Assembly (NCBI GenBank): GCA_040081715.1
Contig: JBEBFY010000003.1
Location: 6,524 to 70,523 of the forward strand
DNA from: Vicinamibacterales bacterium
GTDB lineage: Bacteria > Acidobacteriota > Vicinamibacteria > Vicinamibacterales > UBA2999
Length of the DNA: 64,000 bases
Reading direction: 5' to 3'
Every line of letters begins with the position of its first letter. Within the stretch, counting starts at the first letter, position 1. The notes beneath the pieces were generated by a model. It searched no databases, was not told the DNA's origin, and saw only the letters and a program-made list of their open reading frames with translations. The translations under genes were made by a program, and so were the position numbers. Below are positions 52,416 to 62,513 of the stretch, one piece after another.

Positions 52416-53312
52416 ATGACCGCGATGCAACGTGTGCTCTGTCCCGTGGATTTCTCGGAGGGCTGCCGTCACGGAATTGACGTCGCCGTGGCGCTCGCGC
52501 GTGGCGCCGGCGGCCGTCTGACCGCCCTTCATGTACTGCAACCGGTTCCGGCGATGGTGCCGTTCACGGATCCGCTCTCGCTCCCGCCGGGGCTGTGGAC
52601 GCCTGAGGACATCGAATCGGTGCGCAAGGACGTCCTGACGTTCGTCGCCGGAGAGGGGGCCGGTAGCGGCGTGCCAGTGGAGGCGCTGTGCGTGGAGGGC
52701 AATCCGGCCCGCGAGATTCTGCGGAGCGCCGGCGAGCTGCCCGCCGATCTGATCGTGATGGGGACGCACGGCCGGTCCGGCTTCAAGCGGTTGCTGCTTG
52801 GCTCCGTGACAGAGAAAGTGCTCCGGCACGCGACGTGTCCCGTGCTGAGCGTGCCGCCCCGCGCGCCGGACGCCATGCCCTTCGGCACCAAGGTGTTCTC
52901 GAACATCGTTGCGGCCGTGGACTTCTCGGATAGTTCCCAGGCCGGGCTGAAGATTGCGGCGGCGCTCGCCCGCCAGCACGGGGCGACGCTTACGGCGGTG
53001 CACATCGTCGAGCCGGTGCCCACCTACGCGGACTCGGGCATTCCCGGGCTGGACGCCGACATTGAACGCGAGGCGGCGCACGGGTATCTCAAGGGTCTGC
53101 TCGAACGGGTGGCACCAGGGCTGGCGGTGCGCGAAGTGGTGATGATCGGCCACGCAGGCACTGGCGTCCTGCAGGTGGCCGAGAGTCAGCACGCGGACCT
53201 GATCGTGGCCGGCGTGCACGGCCGGAACGCGATGGACCTGATGTTCTTCGGTTCGACCACGAACCGGCTCGTGCGCGAGGCCGCCTGTCCGGTGCTGACA
53301 GTCAGGGGATGA
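52416..53312 (+). CDS. tandem-domain universal stress protein
   Basis: Two Usp domains, each ending in a GxHGRxG...GS(V/T)(T/N)...V...A.CPVL(S/T)V motif. Confidence 0.85.
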   Translation: MTAMQRVLCPVDFSEGCRHGIDVAVALARGAGGRLTALHVLQPVPAMVPFTDPLSLPPGLWTPEDIESVRKDVLTFVAGEGAGSGVPVEALCVEGNPAREILRSAGELPADLIVMGTHGRSGFKRLLLGSVTEKVLRHATCPVLSVPPRAPDAMPFGTKVFSNIVAAVDFSDSSQAGLKIAAALARQHGATLTAVHIVEPVPTYADSGIPGLDADIEREAAHGYLKGLLERVAPGLAVREVVMIGHAGTGVLQVAESQHADLIVAGVHGRNAMDLMFFGSTTNRLVREAACPVLTVRG

Positions 53313-53452
53313 GGCGTGCCTCAGAATGGACCATGGGGACCGTGAGGTGGATTTATTATGAACGGAAATGCCGCCTGCCTTGCCATACTAGGGACCGCCT
53401 ACTCGTGGTGATGGGGTGGAGACAGACCGAGCGGAGTGCAGGGAGGCTGCAG

Positions 53453-54262
53453 ATGCGAGTGCGGGTTGTGATGATTCTGGCGGTGGCGTTGGTGGGGCTG
53501 ATGGCACCTGCCGCGATGGCGCAGTCGAGTAAGTGCGCTGATTGCCACTTTGCCAATCCTGATGCGCCACGCCGTGGCCACTTGAGCGACTGGGACCGGT
53601 CGGCACACGGCCGCCAGAACATCGGCTGCGAGCGGTGCCACGGGGGCAATGCCACGAGCTTCGAGAAGCTGGTGGCCCACAAGGGCATCATCGGATCCGG
53701 CGATCGCAAGAGTGCGGTGCACCGCGCCAACCTCCCGACGACCTGCGGCACTTGCCATGCGGGCCAGTTGATGGAGTTCCAGAAGTCGAAGCACTTTCAA
53801 CTCCTGAAGGCCGACGACAAGCGGGGCCCGACCTGCGCGACCTGCCATGAGGACGTGGGCGACACGCTGCTGTCGCCGAAGTCGCTGGAGGCCCAGTGCA
53901 ACTCCTGCCACGGACCCGGCAAGACGGCACCGCGGCCCGAGCGCGCGAAGAACGCGAGGGCGATGCTGGAAAGTGTGCGTGAAGCCAGGAACCTGCTGAA
54001 GCAGGGGCGTGACCTCATCAAGCAGGTCAAAGACCCACAGCGCAAGGCGCGGCTGACGCAGGAAGCCGAGATGGTGGCGCTGGAGTTGAAGTTCGCGGTT
54101 GAAGCCGGCCACTCGTTTGTCTACGACGGACTGGAGCAGCGCGTGTCGCGGGCCCGGACGAAGCTGACGGCTCTGTTTGACGGGTTGACCAACCCGGGTG
54201 CGGCGGCGAAGCCGGTCAAGGGCGTGCCCCCCCTGCCGGGCAGCACGCAGGCGCGCCGGTAG
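53453..54262 (+). CDS. periplasmic pentaheme c-type cytochrome with helical C-terminal tail
   Basis: Signal peptide MRVRVVMILAVALVGLMAPAAMA and five CxxCH motifs (CADCH, CERCH, CGTCH, CATCH, CNSCH). GGGAGG Shine-Dalgarno before the ATG at 53453. Confidence 0.8.
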   Translation: MRVRVVMILAVALVGLMAPAAMAQSSKCADCHFANPDAPRRGHLSDWDRSAHGRQNIGCERCHGGNATSFEKLVAHKGIIGSGDRKSAVHRANLPTTCGTCHAGQLMEFQKSKHFQLLKADDKRGPTCATCHEDVGDTLLSPKSLEAQCNSCHGPGKTAPRPERAKNARAMLESVREARNLLKQGRDLIKQVKDPQRKARLTQEAEMVALELKFAVEAGHSFVYDGLEQRVSRARTKLTALFDGLTNPGAAAKPVKGVPPLPGSTQARR

Positions 54263-54301
54263 GACGGTCCTGGGGTGCAGGTTGACCGCGGGAGGTGTGC
54301 G

Positions 54302-54712
54302 ATGTGCTCGCGGATTGTGAAGGTGTTCGCGGCCGGGTGTCTGTGCGTGGTCGTGGCCATGCCGTCATCCGGCCAGACTCCCGCTTTGAAGGCGCTAATG
54401 CGGGAGAAGCTGTCGCACTCGCAGCAGTTGCTGGATGCCGTGGTGACCAGCCGCTGGGTGCAGCTGGAAGCGCATGCGGTGGCGCTCCGGAAGTTGACCG
54501 GGCGGCCTGCCTGGATGGTGCTGCAGTCGCCTGAATACGCGCGGCAGACCGCGATATTCACCCGCGCGCTGGATGATCTGGTCGAGGCGGCCCGCCGCAA
54601 GGATCTTGAAGCCACGCCGGTTGCCTACACCGCCATGACGATGAGTTGCGTCCAGTGCCACCGCCAGGTGGCCCGCATGCGGATGGCCGACTCTCCGGCT
54701 TCCACCCGCTGA
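54302..54712 (+). CDS. class II (cytochrome c'-like, four-helix-bundle type) c-type cytochrome
   Basis: Signal peptide, a helical body and a single CxxCH near the C-terminus (MSCVQCHRQV), as in class II cytochromes c. GGAGG Shine-Dalgarno. Confidence 0.6.
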   Translation: MCSRIVKVFAAGCLCVVVAMPSSGQTPALKALMREKLSHSQQLLDAVVTSRWVQLEAHAVALRKLTGRPAWMVLQSPEYARQTAIFTRALDDLVEAARRKDLEATPVAYTAMTMSCVQCHRQVARMRMADSPASTR

Positions 54713-54812
54713 CAGGGCCGCGCCATCGCCTGACAACTGCCTCGCGGGCGGCCATTCCGGCCACGCCCCGGTATGGTCTCCGGCTTGCATTGCACTCCTC
54801 GCAGGAGGGGCG

Positions 54813-55037
54813 ATGCGGATTGTGCGATATCTCAAGTCGGCGCCGGGGCGCATCGCGCGCGGGTTCCTGGGGCTGGGACTCATCGGGGTCGGTGCTCGAA
54901 ACCAGACCGCGACAGGCCTGTTCCTGCTGATGCTGGGGCTGGTGCCGCTGTGCACCGCGATCGCCAATATCTGCCTCCTGGAAGACCTGCTGGCCGCCTG
55001 GGGCAATCGCCGGGACCGCGCGCACCAGCGCACATAG
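54813..55037 (+). CDS. DUF2892 (YgaP-like) small membrane protein
   Basis: GRIARGFLGLGLIGVG...GLVPLCTAIANICLL two-helix pattern typical of DUF2892. Confidence 0.6.
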   Translation: MRIVRYLKSAPGRIARGFLGLGLIGVGARNQTATGLFLLMLGLVPLCTAIANICLLEDLLAAWGNRRDRAHQRT

Positions 55038-55046
55038 GAGGACGTC

Positions 55047-55790
55047 ATGTTCGAGTCCATTAGCGAAGGACATTGCGCAATACCGCACGGAGACTCCGTG
55101 CCGCTGCTGCTGTCGTCCCTCCTGCACGGTGCCGGTTTGGCCGCAGTCATCCTGGTGCCGCTGTTGCTGGCGAACGGTCAGGTGCCCACGTTGCCATCGA
55201 TGATGGCGTTTGTCGCGCGAGAGCCCGCGGCACCACCACCACCGCCGCCGCCGGCGGCTCCAGCCTCCGCGGCAAAGGACGCTGCGGTCCGGCCGACGCC
55301 GTCCTCCAATCCCAGTGCGGCGCCTCTTGAGGCTCCTGCGGAGATCACGCCTGAGCCCGCGCGGGCTGGGTCTGACGACGGCGTGGAGGGCGGTGTGGCA
55401 GGTGGCGTGCTTGGCGGCGTAGTCGGTGGAATCCCGACGGCAGCACCGGCGCCACCACCGCCACCACCGGCGCCGGCACCGGTGGTGCCACGGGCACCGA
55501 TTCGGGTGGGTGGCGAGCTGCAGGTGCCCGCGCTTCTGAAGCGCGTCGGACCTGACTACCCGGAACTGGCTGTACGGGCGCAGGTCGAAGGCGTCGTCAT
55601 TCTCGAGGCGGTTGTCGGCGAGAGCGGGCGCGTGGAGGATGTCCGGGTCCTGCGTTCGATCCCACTGCTCGACAACGCCGCCAAGGCGGCCGTGCGGCAA
55701 TGGGAGTACTCGCCGCTGCTCCTGAACGGCAAGGCGGAGCGATTCATCGTGACGGTGACCGTCAGCTTCCAATTGAAACGGCAGAGTTGA
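55047..55790 (+). CDS. TonB-family energy transducer
   Basis: N-terminal TM, a Pro-rich spacer (PPPPPPPAAP... PPPPPPAPAP) and a C-terminal TonB domain (PDYPELAVRAQVEGVVILEAVVGESGRVEDVRVLRS...AAKAAVRQWEYSP). Confidence 0.85.
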   Translation: MFESISEGHCAIPHGDSVPLLLSSLLHGAGLAAVILVPLLLANGQVPTLPSMMAFVAREPAAPPPPPPPAAPASAAKDAAVRPTPSSNPSAAPLEAPAEITPEPARAGSDDGVEGGVAGGVLGGVVGGIPTAAPAPPPPPPAPAPVVPRAPIRVGGELQVPALLKRVGPDYPELAVRAQVEGVVILEAVVGESGRVEDVRVLRSIPLLDNAAKAAVRQWEYSPLLLNGKAERFIVTVTVSFQLKRQS

Positions 55791-55907
55791 TGTGGGGCTC
55801 CAGACAACGAATGGTCTGCGGGATAGTTCGTGGGCGCGGGAGTTCCTTCGAGTCTGTCCTTATATGCCAGGCGACGTTCCGAAGATAATGACGGGGTGGG
55901 AGGGTAC

Positions 55908-56240
55908 ATGGTTCGAGTGATGGGGATGCTGGCGGTTGTGGGTTGCGTGCTGCTGCCCGGAGTTGCGCGGGCGGAGACGCCTGCCGAGAAGGGTGCCACG
56001 GTGTACGGAGCCCAGAAGTGCGGGATGTGTCACTCCGTGGCCGGCAAGGGCAATCCGAAGGGAGTGCTCGACGGCGTGGGCAAGAAGCTGAAGGCCGATG
56101 AGATCAGGGAGTGGATCGTAGATGCGCCGGCCATGATGGCGAAGGCGAAGGCCACCCGCAAGCCGGCGATGAAGGCCTACGCGAATCTCTCGAAAGGTGA
56201 CCTCGAGGCGCTGGTGGTCTACCTGCAGAGCCTGAAGTAG
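55908..56240 (+). CDS. small class I monoheme c-type cytochrome
   Basis: Signal peptide, a CGMCH motif and a distal Met region (KPAMKAY). About 110 aa. Confidence 0.75.
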   Translation: MVRVMGMLAVVGCVLLPGVARAETPAEKGATVYGAQKCGMCHSVAGKGNPKGVLDGVGKKLKADEIREWIVDAPAMMAKAKATRKPAMKAYANLSKGDLEALVVYLQSLK

Positions 56241-56267
56241 GCGGCCCGGGTTCCCGGGGGATCGTCC

Positions 56268-57629
56268 GTGCGCTCGTTCCTGCAGGCGTTTGTCAGAAAT
56301 GGTCTATCCCTCGTGGGGACCGCGATCGCGACGGCGATGGCGGCGCTCTTTGTCGCACTGGCCCTGCTCGACCTCGCGGGGTATCTCACCAACCCCTATC
56401 TCGGCCTGCTGCTTTTTGTGGCCATCCCGACGGTGTTCGTTGCCGGGCTGCTGCTGATCCCGCTCGGCCTCTGGCGCGAGCGGCGTCGGCGCGCCCGGAC
56501 GCCCGAAGCGGCGACGGGCGAGTGGCCCGTGTTCGACCTCCGCATCGCGCGCCAGCGCGCGATCGCCGTGGCAGTGCTGACCCTGACGGTGGTCAATCTC
56601 GTGATTGTGTCGATGGCGGCGTACGGGGGCGTGCACTACATGGAGACGCGGGAGTTCTGCGGCCAGGTGTGCCACGAGACGATGGAGCCGCAGTATGTGG
56701 CGCATCAGACCGGCCCGCACTCCCGCGTCGCGTGCGTGTCGTGTCACGTCGGGTCGGGTGCGGGGGCGGTCGCACGGTCCAAGTTCAAGGGGCTGCGGCA
56801 GTTGGTGCTTGTAGCGACGGACCGGGCACCTCGGCCTGTGGCCCCGCCGCTGCAGGTCATGCGGCCCGCAGTGGAGACGTGCGAACAGTGCCACTGGCCG
56901 GAGAAGTTTCACGGCGACAGACAGAAAGTTGTGCGCGAGTACGGCGACGACCAGGCGAGCACCGAGACGGGGACCACGCTGACGCTGCACCTCGGCGGCG
57001 GCAGCGCCGTACTCGGCATCGGCACCGGCATCCACTGGCACATGAACCTTGACAATGTCGTCGAATTTGTCGCCACCGACTCCACCCGGCAGTCGATTCC
57101 CTATGTGCGGTTGACCAACCGGGAGGGCCGCGTGAAGGAGTACGTGGCGGAAGGGGCGGACCGGACGACTCTTGCGGCACAGCCCATGCATCGGATGGAC
57201 TGCGTGGACTGCCACAACCGTCCCGCGCATGCCTTCAGCCCCTCGCCGGCACGAGCGGTCAACGAGGCGATGGCTCAGGGGCGGGTGCCGCGTGACCTTC
57301 CGTTCGCCCGCCGTGAGGTGCTGGCAGCAGTGAGCGACGGGTACCCCTCGCGCGATTCGGCGCGCGCGGGCATCGCGCGAAGGCTTGAGGGGATCTACCG
57401 GGCGCAGGGCATCAGCGCCGACCGCACGGCTCGTCTGGTGGCTGGGGCGCAGGACGTGTATGCCCGCAACGTGTTCCCGGCCATGCGAGTGAGTTGGGGC
57501 ACGTATCCGAACAACATTGGCCATATGGATGCGCCGGGGTGCTTCCGTTGCCACGACGATAGCCACAAGGCGGGGGACGGCAGCGTCCTCACACAGGACT
57601 GCGAAACCTGCCACACGGCGCCACAGTAA
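56268..57629 (+). CDS. membrane-anchored NapC/NirT-like multiheme cytochrome c (candidate quinol dehydrogenase)
   Basis: About 3 N-terminal TM helices, then a NapC-like EFCGQVCHETM (a CX3CH variant) plus five CxxCH motifs (CVSCH, CEQCH, CVDCH, CFRCH, CETCH). Confidence 0.7.
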   Translation: MRSFLQAFVRNGLSLVGTAIATAMAALFVALALLDLAGYLTNPYLGLLLFVAIPTVFVAGLLLIPLGLWRERRRRARTPEAATGEWPVFDLRIARQRAIAVAVLTLTVVNLVIVSMAAYGGVHYMETREFCGQVCHETMEPQYVAHQTGPHSRVACVSCHVGSGAGAVARSKFKGLRQLVLVATDRAPRPVAPPLQVMRPAVETCEQCHWPEKFHGDRQKVVREYGDDQASTETGTTLTLHLGGGSAVLGIGTGIHWHMNLDNVVEFVATDSTRQSIPYVRLTNREGRVKEYVAEGADRTTLAAQPMHRMDCVDCHNRPAHAFSPSPARAVNEAMAQGRVPRDLPFARREVLAAVSDGYPSRDSARAGIARRLEGIYRAQGISADRTARLVAGAQDVYARNVFPAMRVSWGTYPNNIGHMDAPGCFRCHDDSHKAGDGSVLTQDCETCHTAPQ

Positions 57630-57639
57630 CGAGGAGACC

Positions 57640-58629
57640 ATGGGGAATCACAAATCGAGTCACCAATCCAGCAACGCGGCGGCGCGCGCGTACTGGCCCG
57701 CGATCCTGGTGGTCGCGCTGGGCGTGACATGGGCCGGCACCGTGATGCTCGCCGCCGCCCCGGCCCGGCCGCGCCAGGTGAGCGCGACGCCTGCAGCGAC
57801 TGCACCCGCGGCCGCGCAGGGGGCCTATGCGGGGCAGGCCGCGTGCCTGGGTTGCCACGCCGAAATGGACTACAAAGGGACGCTGCACGGGCTCGCGTCG
57901 CGTCCGCGCACGCCGGCGGCGACGCACGGCTGCGAAAGCTGCCATGGGCCGGGGCAGGCCCACGCCGAGTCCGGCGAGGCGTCACTGATCCGCAACCCGA
58001 AGAAGCAGACGCCGCAGCAGGCGAGCGAGGCCTGCGTGAGCTGCCACAACCGCGGCACGCACGCGCTGTGGACCGGCAGCCAGCATGACCAGCGCAACGT
58101 CGGCTGCATCACGTGTCACAGCGTGCACACCCCAAAGGGGCCCGCGCAGCTCAAGGCGGCGAGCCAGAAGGAACTGTGCGCGACGTGCCACCGGCCGGTG
58201 ACCAACAAGCAGCACCGGTTCAGCCACATGCCCGTGCGCGAAGGCAAGCTGGAGTGTTCCTCCTGCCACAACACGCACGGCTCCACCAACCAGTCGCTGC
58301 TCAAGACCGGCACCACCGTGGATGAGTCCTGCACCAGCTGCCACGCGGAGAAACGCGGGCCGTACCTCTGGGAGCATGCGCCGGTGGCCAATGCCTGCGT
58401 CACCTGCCATGACCCGCATGGGTCCAACAATGAACGGATGCTGGCGGCGAAGGTGCCCTTCCTGTGCCAGCGGTGCCACGTGACGTCGCGCCATCCGCCA
58501 ACCGTGTACGACGGCTTCGTGCGGAACAACTCGACCAACGCCAACAAGATCATCGGCCGAGGCTGCGTCGTGTGCCACTCGCAGATTCACGGGTCGAATG
58601 CCCCGTCGGGCAAGTCGTTCCTGCGCTAG
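57640..58629 (+). CDS. DmsE/MtrA-family periplasmic decaheme c-type cytochrome
   Basis: Ten CxxCH motifs in 329 aa, at the spacing typical of MtrA/DmsE/PioA/MtoA. The C-terminal CVVCHSQIHGSNAPSGKSFLR matches the family ending. GAGGAG Shine-Dalgarno. Confidence 0.85.
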   Translation: MGNHKSSHQSSNAAARAYWPAILVVALGVTWAGTVMLAAAPARPRQVSATPAATAPAAAQGAYAGQAACLGCHAEMDYKGTLHGLASRPRTPAATHGCESCHGPGQAHAESGEASLIRNPKKQTPQQASEACVSCHNRGTHALWTGSQHDQRNVGCITCHSVHTPKGPAQLKAASQKELCATCHRPVTNKQHRFSHMPVREGKLECSSCHNTHGSTNQSLLKTGTTVDESCTSCHAEKRGPYLWEHAPVANACVTCHDPHGSNNERMLAAKVPFLCQRCHVTSRHPPTVYDGFVRNNSTNANKIIGRGCVVCHSQIHGSNAPSGKSFLR

Positions 58630-58637
58630 GGGAGATC

Positions 58638-60938
58638 ATGCGAACCACAGTTGTGATAGCGGCAGCAGCAGTTACGATCGTCCTGAGCGGGCAGGCACTG
58701 GCGCAGACGCCAGCTGCCAGCGAGGCCAGAAGCCGGGCGGTCACCGGCGTCGTCGACGTCGGTGCCCGCGGGACCTCGGGCTCCGGCGACGAGGCCCGTT
58801 ATGAGCGGTACAGGGATCTGCGCACGGGGGTCTTCTCGCACCTGGTGTTCGGCTCGGCGGACGAGTCGCGGATCTGGTCGGCGGGCGCCGAGAATGTCGG
58901 GTACCGCAACCAGGAATACGTGTTCCGCTACGCCGGCGGTCCGGTCACGCTGAAGGGCGGTTTCGATTCGACGCCTCTCAACTACAGCTACCTGACGTCC
59001 ACGCCGTGGCGCATGGACTCCCCTGGTGTCTTCTCGCTCGACGCGGCCGCCCGCGGGCAGGTGCAGGGCCGGGTGCCGGGTGTCGTGGGCGTGCCGTCGT
59101 CGGTCGCCCAGTTGTCGACGCCTTCGATCTTCCGAGGACTGGCCAATCCCTTTGACCTGCGGTCCCGGCGCGACACGGCGTCGGCGTCCGTGGCGGTGGA
59201 CGCGACCAGGGCGCTCGGCTGGTCGCTGGCGTTCACGTCCACGGGCAAGACCGGCAGCCAGCCCTACGGGGCCTCCTTCGCCTTCAACAACGCCAACGAG
59301 TTGCCCCTGCCGATCGACCATCGCACCAACGATGTGTCGGCGGGCCTGGAGTACACGCGCGAGCAGGGCATGGTGCGTCTGGGCTGGCAGGCCTCGTGGT
59401 TCACCAACGCGATCCAGGAGCTCATCTGGGACAACCCGCTCCGCCAGACGGATACCACGCCCTTCGATGCCAGTGGATACAGCAACGGCAACGGACCGGC
59501 GCGCGGCCGTCTGGCCATGGCGCCCAGCAACCACATGGCGGCCGTCAACGTTACCGGCCTCTACAAGATGCCGGGCCGCACCACGGTCAATGGTGTTTTT
59601 GCCTTCACCACCATGGGGCAGAACGACACGCTCATCCCCTGGACGATCAATAACGCGATTGCCAACCCGTCGGTGTACGGCACCTATCCCGGACTGGCCA
59701 GCCTGCCCCGGCCCACGGCCGAGGCCAAGGTGCACGGCGTCAACGGCATGGTGAACGTGACCTCGCGGCCGAACCGCGTATTCAGCCTGACCACCCGGTA
59801 CCGCTTCAACGACCACCGCAATCTCACGCCGGCTTTCGATGCCCGGCAGTACGTGCGTTTCGACGCTGCGCCGTACTCCGGCGGGTCGTTCAGCCAGAAC
59901 TTCAACATCCGGCAGAACACTTTCGACACGACGGCCGCCTTCAACTTGCGCCCGTCATCAACCCTCCGCGTCGGCTACACCTTCGACGACTTCGACCGCA
60001 CGGGCCGCTCCTTCAGCGACATGCGCGACCATATCGTGCGGGCCTCGTTCGACCAGATGGGCAACCAGTGGGTGACCGTGCGGCTGTCAGCGGACCACAC
60101 GACCCGTGAGGGATTCGGGTTTTCCGAAGCGTCGCTGGAAGACGGCGGACTGCAGCCGGGTGTGCGGTTCTACGATGAGTCCGACCGGAACCGGAATCGC
60201 GGCACGGCCCTCGTGGTGCTGACGCCTGCCTCGTTTATGGACGTGACCTTCACCGCGACGGCCGGCAAGGACATCTACAAGGGCGAGGGGCACGAGTTCG
60301 GGCTGCTGAACAACACGAACCGGTCACTGAACGTCGGCCTGAACGTGAGCCCGGGTGAGCACGCATCCTTCGGGTTCAGCATCGGCCGCGAGATGTTCAA
60401 CTCCCTGCAGCGGTCGCGGAACGCGAACCCGCCCGGAACCGACTACGGCAGCTGGACGGATCCGAACCGGACCTGGGACCTGACGAACGACGAACAGGTC
60501 AACATCGTGGATGTGTATGTGGATCTGGCCAAGCTGTTCCGCGCGTTCGACCTGCGGGCGGACTACCTCTACAGCGACTCCGACAACGGATTCGTCCACA
60601 GTGGTCCACGCGTGGTGGCACTTTCCACCAACGCCGCACTGACACCCGGCGACAGCCGGCCCTGCACGGCGGGGCTCACGTCCTGCTTCGAGGCGTTGCC
60701 GAACGTGACCAATGCCTGGCACCGGGTCACCCTCGACGGGACGCGGTACTTCACCGAGAAGGTCGGCATCGGCGTCAGCTACTGGTACGAGCGGTTCGAC
60801 GTGACCGACTTCGCGCGGGTGGATCTGGCCGGGACGGCACTCCCGCGTATCGACTATCTGGGCGAGATCAACACGGGCTATGGCAACCGGCCGTACCGGG
60901 GCAGTTCGATCTTCACCCGTCTGCTGTATCGTTTCTAA
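58638..60938 (+). CDS. MtrB/PioB-family decaheme-associated outer-membrane beta-barrel protein
   Basis: It follows the decaheme gene after an 8-nt gap. It has a signal peptide (AAAVTIVLSGQALA), N-terminal YERYRDLRTGVF and VGYRNQEY motifs seen in MtrB/PioB, alternating beta-strand patterning over about 740 aa, and a terminal LLYRF. Confidence 0.8.
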   Translation: MRTTVVIAAAAVTIVLSGQALAQTPAASEARSRAVTGVVDVGARGTSGSGDEARYERYRDLRTGVFSHLVFGSADESRIWSAGAENVGYRNQEYVFRYAGGPVTLKGGFDSTPLNYSYLTSTPWRMDSPGVFSLDAAARGQVQGRVPGVVGVPSSVAQLSTPSIFRGLANPFDLRSRRDTASASVAVDATRALGWSLAFTSTGKTGSQPYGASFAFNNANELPLPIDHRTNDVSAGLEYTREQGMVRLGWQASWFTNAIQELIWDNPLRQTDTTPFDASGYSNGNGPARGRLAMAPSNHMAAVNVTGLYKMPGRTTVNGVFAFTTMGQNDTLIPWTINNAIANPSVYGTYPGLASLPRPTAEAKVHGVNGMVNVTSRPNRVFSLTTRYRFNDHRNLTPAFDARQYVRFDAAPYSGGSFSQNFNIRQNTFDTTAAFNLRPSSTLRVGYTFDDFDRTGRSFSDMRDHIVRASFDQMGNQWVTVRLSADHTTREGFGFSEASLEDGGLQPGVRFYDESDRNRNRGTALVVLTPASFMDVTFTATAGKDIYKGEGHEFGLLNNTNRSLNVGLNVSPGEHASFGFSIGREMFNSLQRSRNANPPGTDYGSWTDPNRTWDLTNDEQVNIVDVYVDLAKLFRAFDLRADYLYSDSDNGFVHSGPRVVALSTNAALTPGDSRPCTAGLTSCFEALPNVTNAWHRVTLDGTRYFTEKVGIGVSYWYERFDVTDFARVDLAGTALPRIDYLGEINTGYGNRPYRGSSIFTRLLYRF

Positions 60939-60940
60939 GC

Positions 60941-61396
60941 GTGGCCGACCCGACTGAACCCGATTCGCACGCCGGCGATCGGCGCAGGTTCCTGGATGCC
61001 GTGCTGACATTCGGGTTCGTCTCGACGGCCGTGGCGGTGGCGTACCCGGTGGCCCGCTACATGGTTCCACCGGCCAGCGAGGAGCCCTCGACGGTCAGCG
61101 CGGTGGCGGCCAAGGACGCCGCCATGCCGCCCAACAGCGGCGTCGTCTTCAAGTTCGGCAACAAGCCAGGCATCCTGGTGCGAGACCACGCCGGCGACCT
61201 GCACGCCTTCGACGCCGTCTGCCCGCACCTCGGCTGCACCGTTCAATACCGCCCGGAGACGTCGGATATCTGGTGCGCCTGTCACAATGCGGTGTTCGAC
61301 GTGGGCGGCAACATTGTCTCGGGCCCGCCGCCTCGCCCGCTGGAACGTCTCACGGTGAACGTGAGCGGCGAGGACCTGGTGGTCAGCCGTGGCTAG
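60941..61396 (+). CDS. Rieske [2Fe-2S] subunit of a cytochrome bc-type complex
   Basis: Twin-arginine signal ([10 protein letters not shown]) and Rieske boxes CPHLGC and CACHNAVF. It starts 2 nt after the barrel gene stop. Confidence 0.85.
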   Translation: MADPTEPDSHAGDRRRFLDAVLTFGFVSTAVAVAYPVARYMVPPASEEPSTVSAVAAKDAAMPPNSGVVFKFGNKPGILVRDHAGDLHAFDAVCPHLGCTVQYRPETSDIWCACHNAVFDVGGNIVSGPPPRPLERLTVNVSGEDLVVSRG

Positions 61397-62513
61397 CCAC
61401 GGCGCCGGGCCGCAGCGGCCGGAAGGGGAGGGCACATCCTCCGGACTCTACGGCTGGCTGGATGAGCGGCTGGACCTGACCGCTATCAGGACATTCGCCG
61501 CCGAGAAGACCGTGCCCGTGCACAAGCGGGAGTTCTGGTACTGCCTCGGCGGTATCACACTGTTCCTGTTTGCCGTGCAGGTGGCCACCGGCATCCTGCT
61601 GATTCTGTACTACCGGCCCAGTGCCGAGGAAGCTTACGAGAGCGTCCAGTTCATCGTGACGCAGGTGGAGTTCGGCTGGCTCATCCGCAACGTCCACGGC
61701 TGGTCCGCCAACCTCCTGATCGGATCGGCGTTCCTCCACATGTTCAGCGTGTGGCTGCTGACGTCCTACCGGAGGCCCCGGGAGATTACCTGGGTCAGCG
61801 GCGCCATCCTGCTGTTTTTGATGATGGCCTTCGGGTTCAGCGGGTACCTGCTCCCGTGGAACGAGCTGGCCCTGTTTGCCACCAAGGTGGGGACCGGCAT
61901 TGTCGGCGCGGTGCCTCTGATTGGCCCGTTCGCCATGCGGGTACTGCGCGGCGGTGACGAAGTGACCGGTGCCACGCTTTCGCGCTTCTATGGGTTCCAC
62001 GTGGCGGTGCTGCCCGCCGTGACCACGCTCCTCTTAGGCCTCCACGTCCTGCTCGTGCAGCGGCAGGGCATGAGCGTGCCCATTGACGTGGAGCAGGCGG
62101 AGCGCGCCGGGTCGCCGCCGAAGAGCCGGCCGTTCTTCCCGGACTTCTTCCTGCGCGACCTCGTGCTCTGGTACGTGGCCATTGCCATCATCGCGGCATT
62201 GGCCGCGTTCCTCCCGTGGGAGTTGGGGAAGAAGGCGGACCCGTTTGCGCCCGTGCCGCCGGGCATTCGGCCTGAGTGGTACTTCGTGGCCATGTTTCAC
62301 ACGCTCAAGCTGATCCCCGGGCACGTCCTCGGCATCGAGGGCGAGGTGCTCGGGATTCTTGGCTTTGGCGTGTTGGCGCTGATCCTCATCGCCATACCGT
62401 TTCTCGATCGGCGGGCCTCGCGTGGCGAGCGGAACCCGATCTTCACGGCGATGGCCTGGCTGGGCATCGCCTACCTGGTGGTGTTCACCATCGTGGGATA
62501 CCTGGCGGAATGA
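61389..62513 (+). CDS. cytochrome b (b6-like N-domain fused to subunit-IV-like C-domain)
   Basis: Heme-ligand His pairs ([19 protein letters not shown]; [21 protein letters not shown]) and the Qo-site motif PEWYF. The GTG start overlaps the Rieske gene stop. Confidence 0.85.
   Translation: MASHGAGPQRPEGEGTSSGLYGWLDERLDLTAIRTFAAEKTVPVHKREFWYCLGGITLFLFAVQVATGILLILYYRPSAEEAYESVQFIVTQVEFGWLIRNVHGWSANLLIGSAFLHMFSVWLLTSYRRPREITWVSGAILLFLMMAFGFSGYLLPWNELALFATKVGTGIVGAVPLIGPFAMRVLRGGDEVTGATLSRFYGFHVAVLPAVTTLLLGLHVLLVQRQGMSVPIDVEQAERAGSPPKSRPFFPDFFLRDLVLWYVAIAIIAALAAFLPWELGKKADPFAPVPPGIRPEWYFVAMFHTLKLIPGHVLGIEGEVLGILGFGVLALILIAIPFLDRRASRGERNPIFTAMAWLGIAYLVVFTIVGYLAE

Noticed and set aside
52195-52419. 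Small ORFs in the divergent region, including a minus-strand MKNPCCRAIVHVDGVPV... frame
   Set aside because: The minus-strand frame runs without a stop into the DHOD-like gene in a different frame. The plus-strand 74-aa ORF has no motif. The space is better accounted for by two sigma-54 promoters and a palindrome.
53375-53395. TGCCGC-N5-TTGC element upstream of the pentaheme cytochrome gene
   Set aside because: It lacks the invariant GG of the -24 box (it has GC instead), so it is not called as a sigma-54 promoter.
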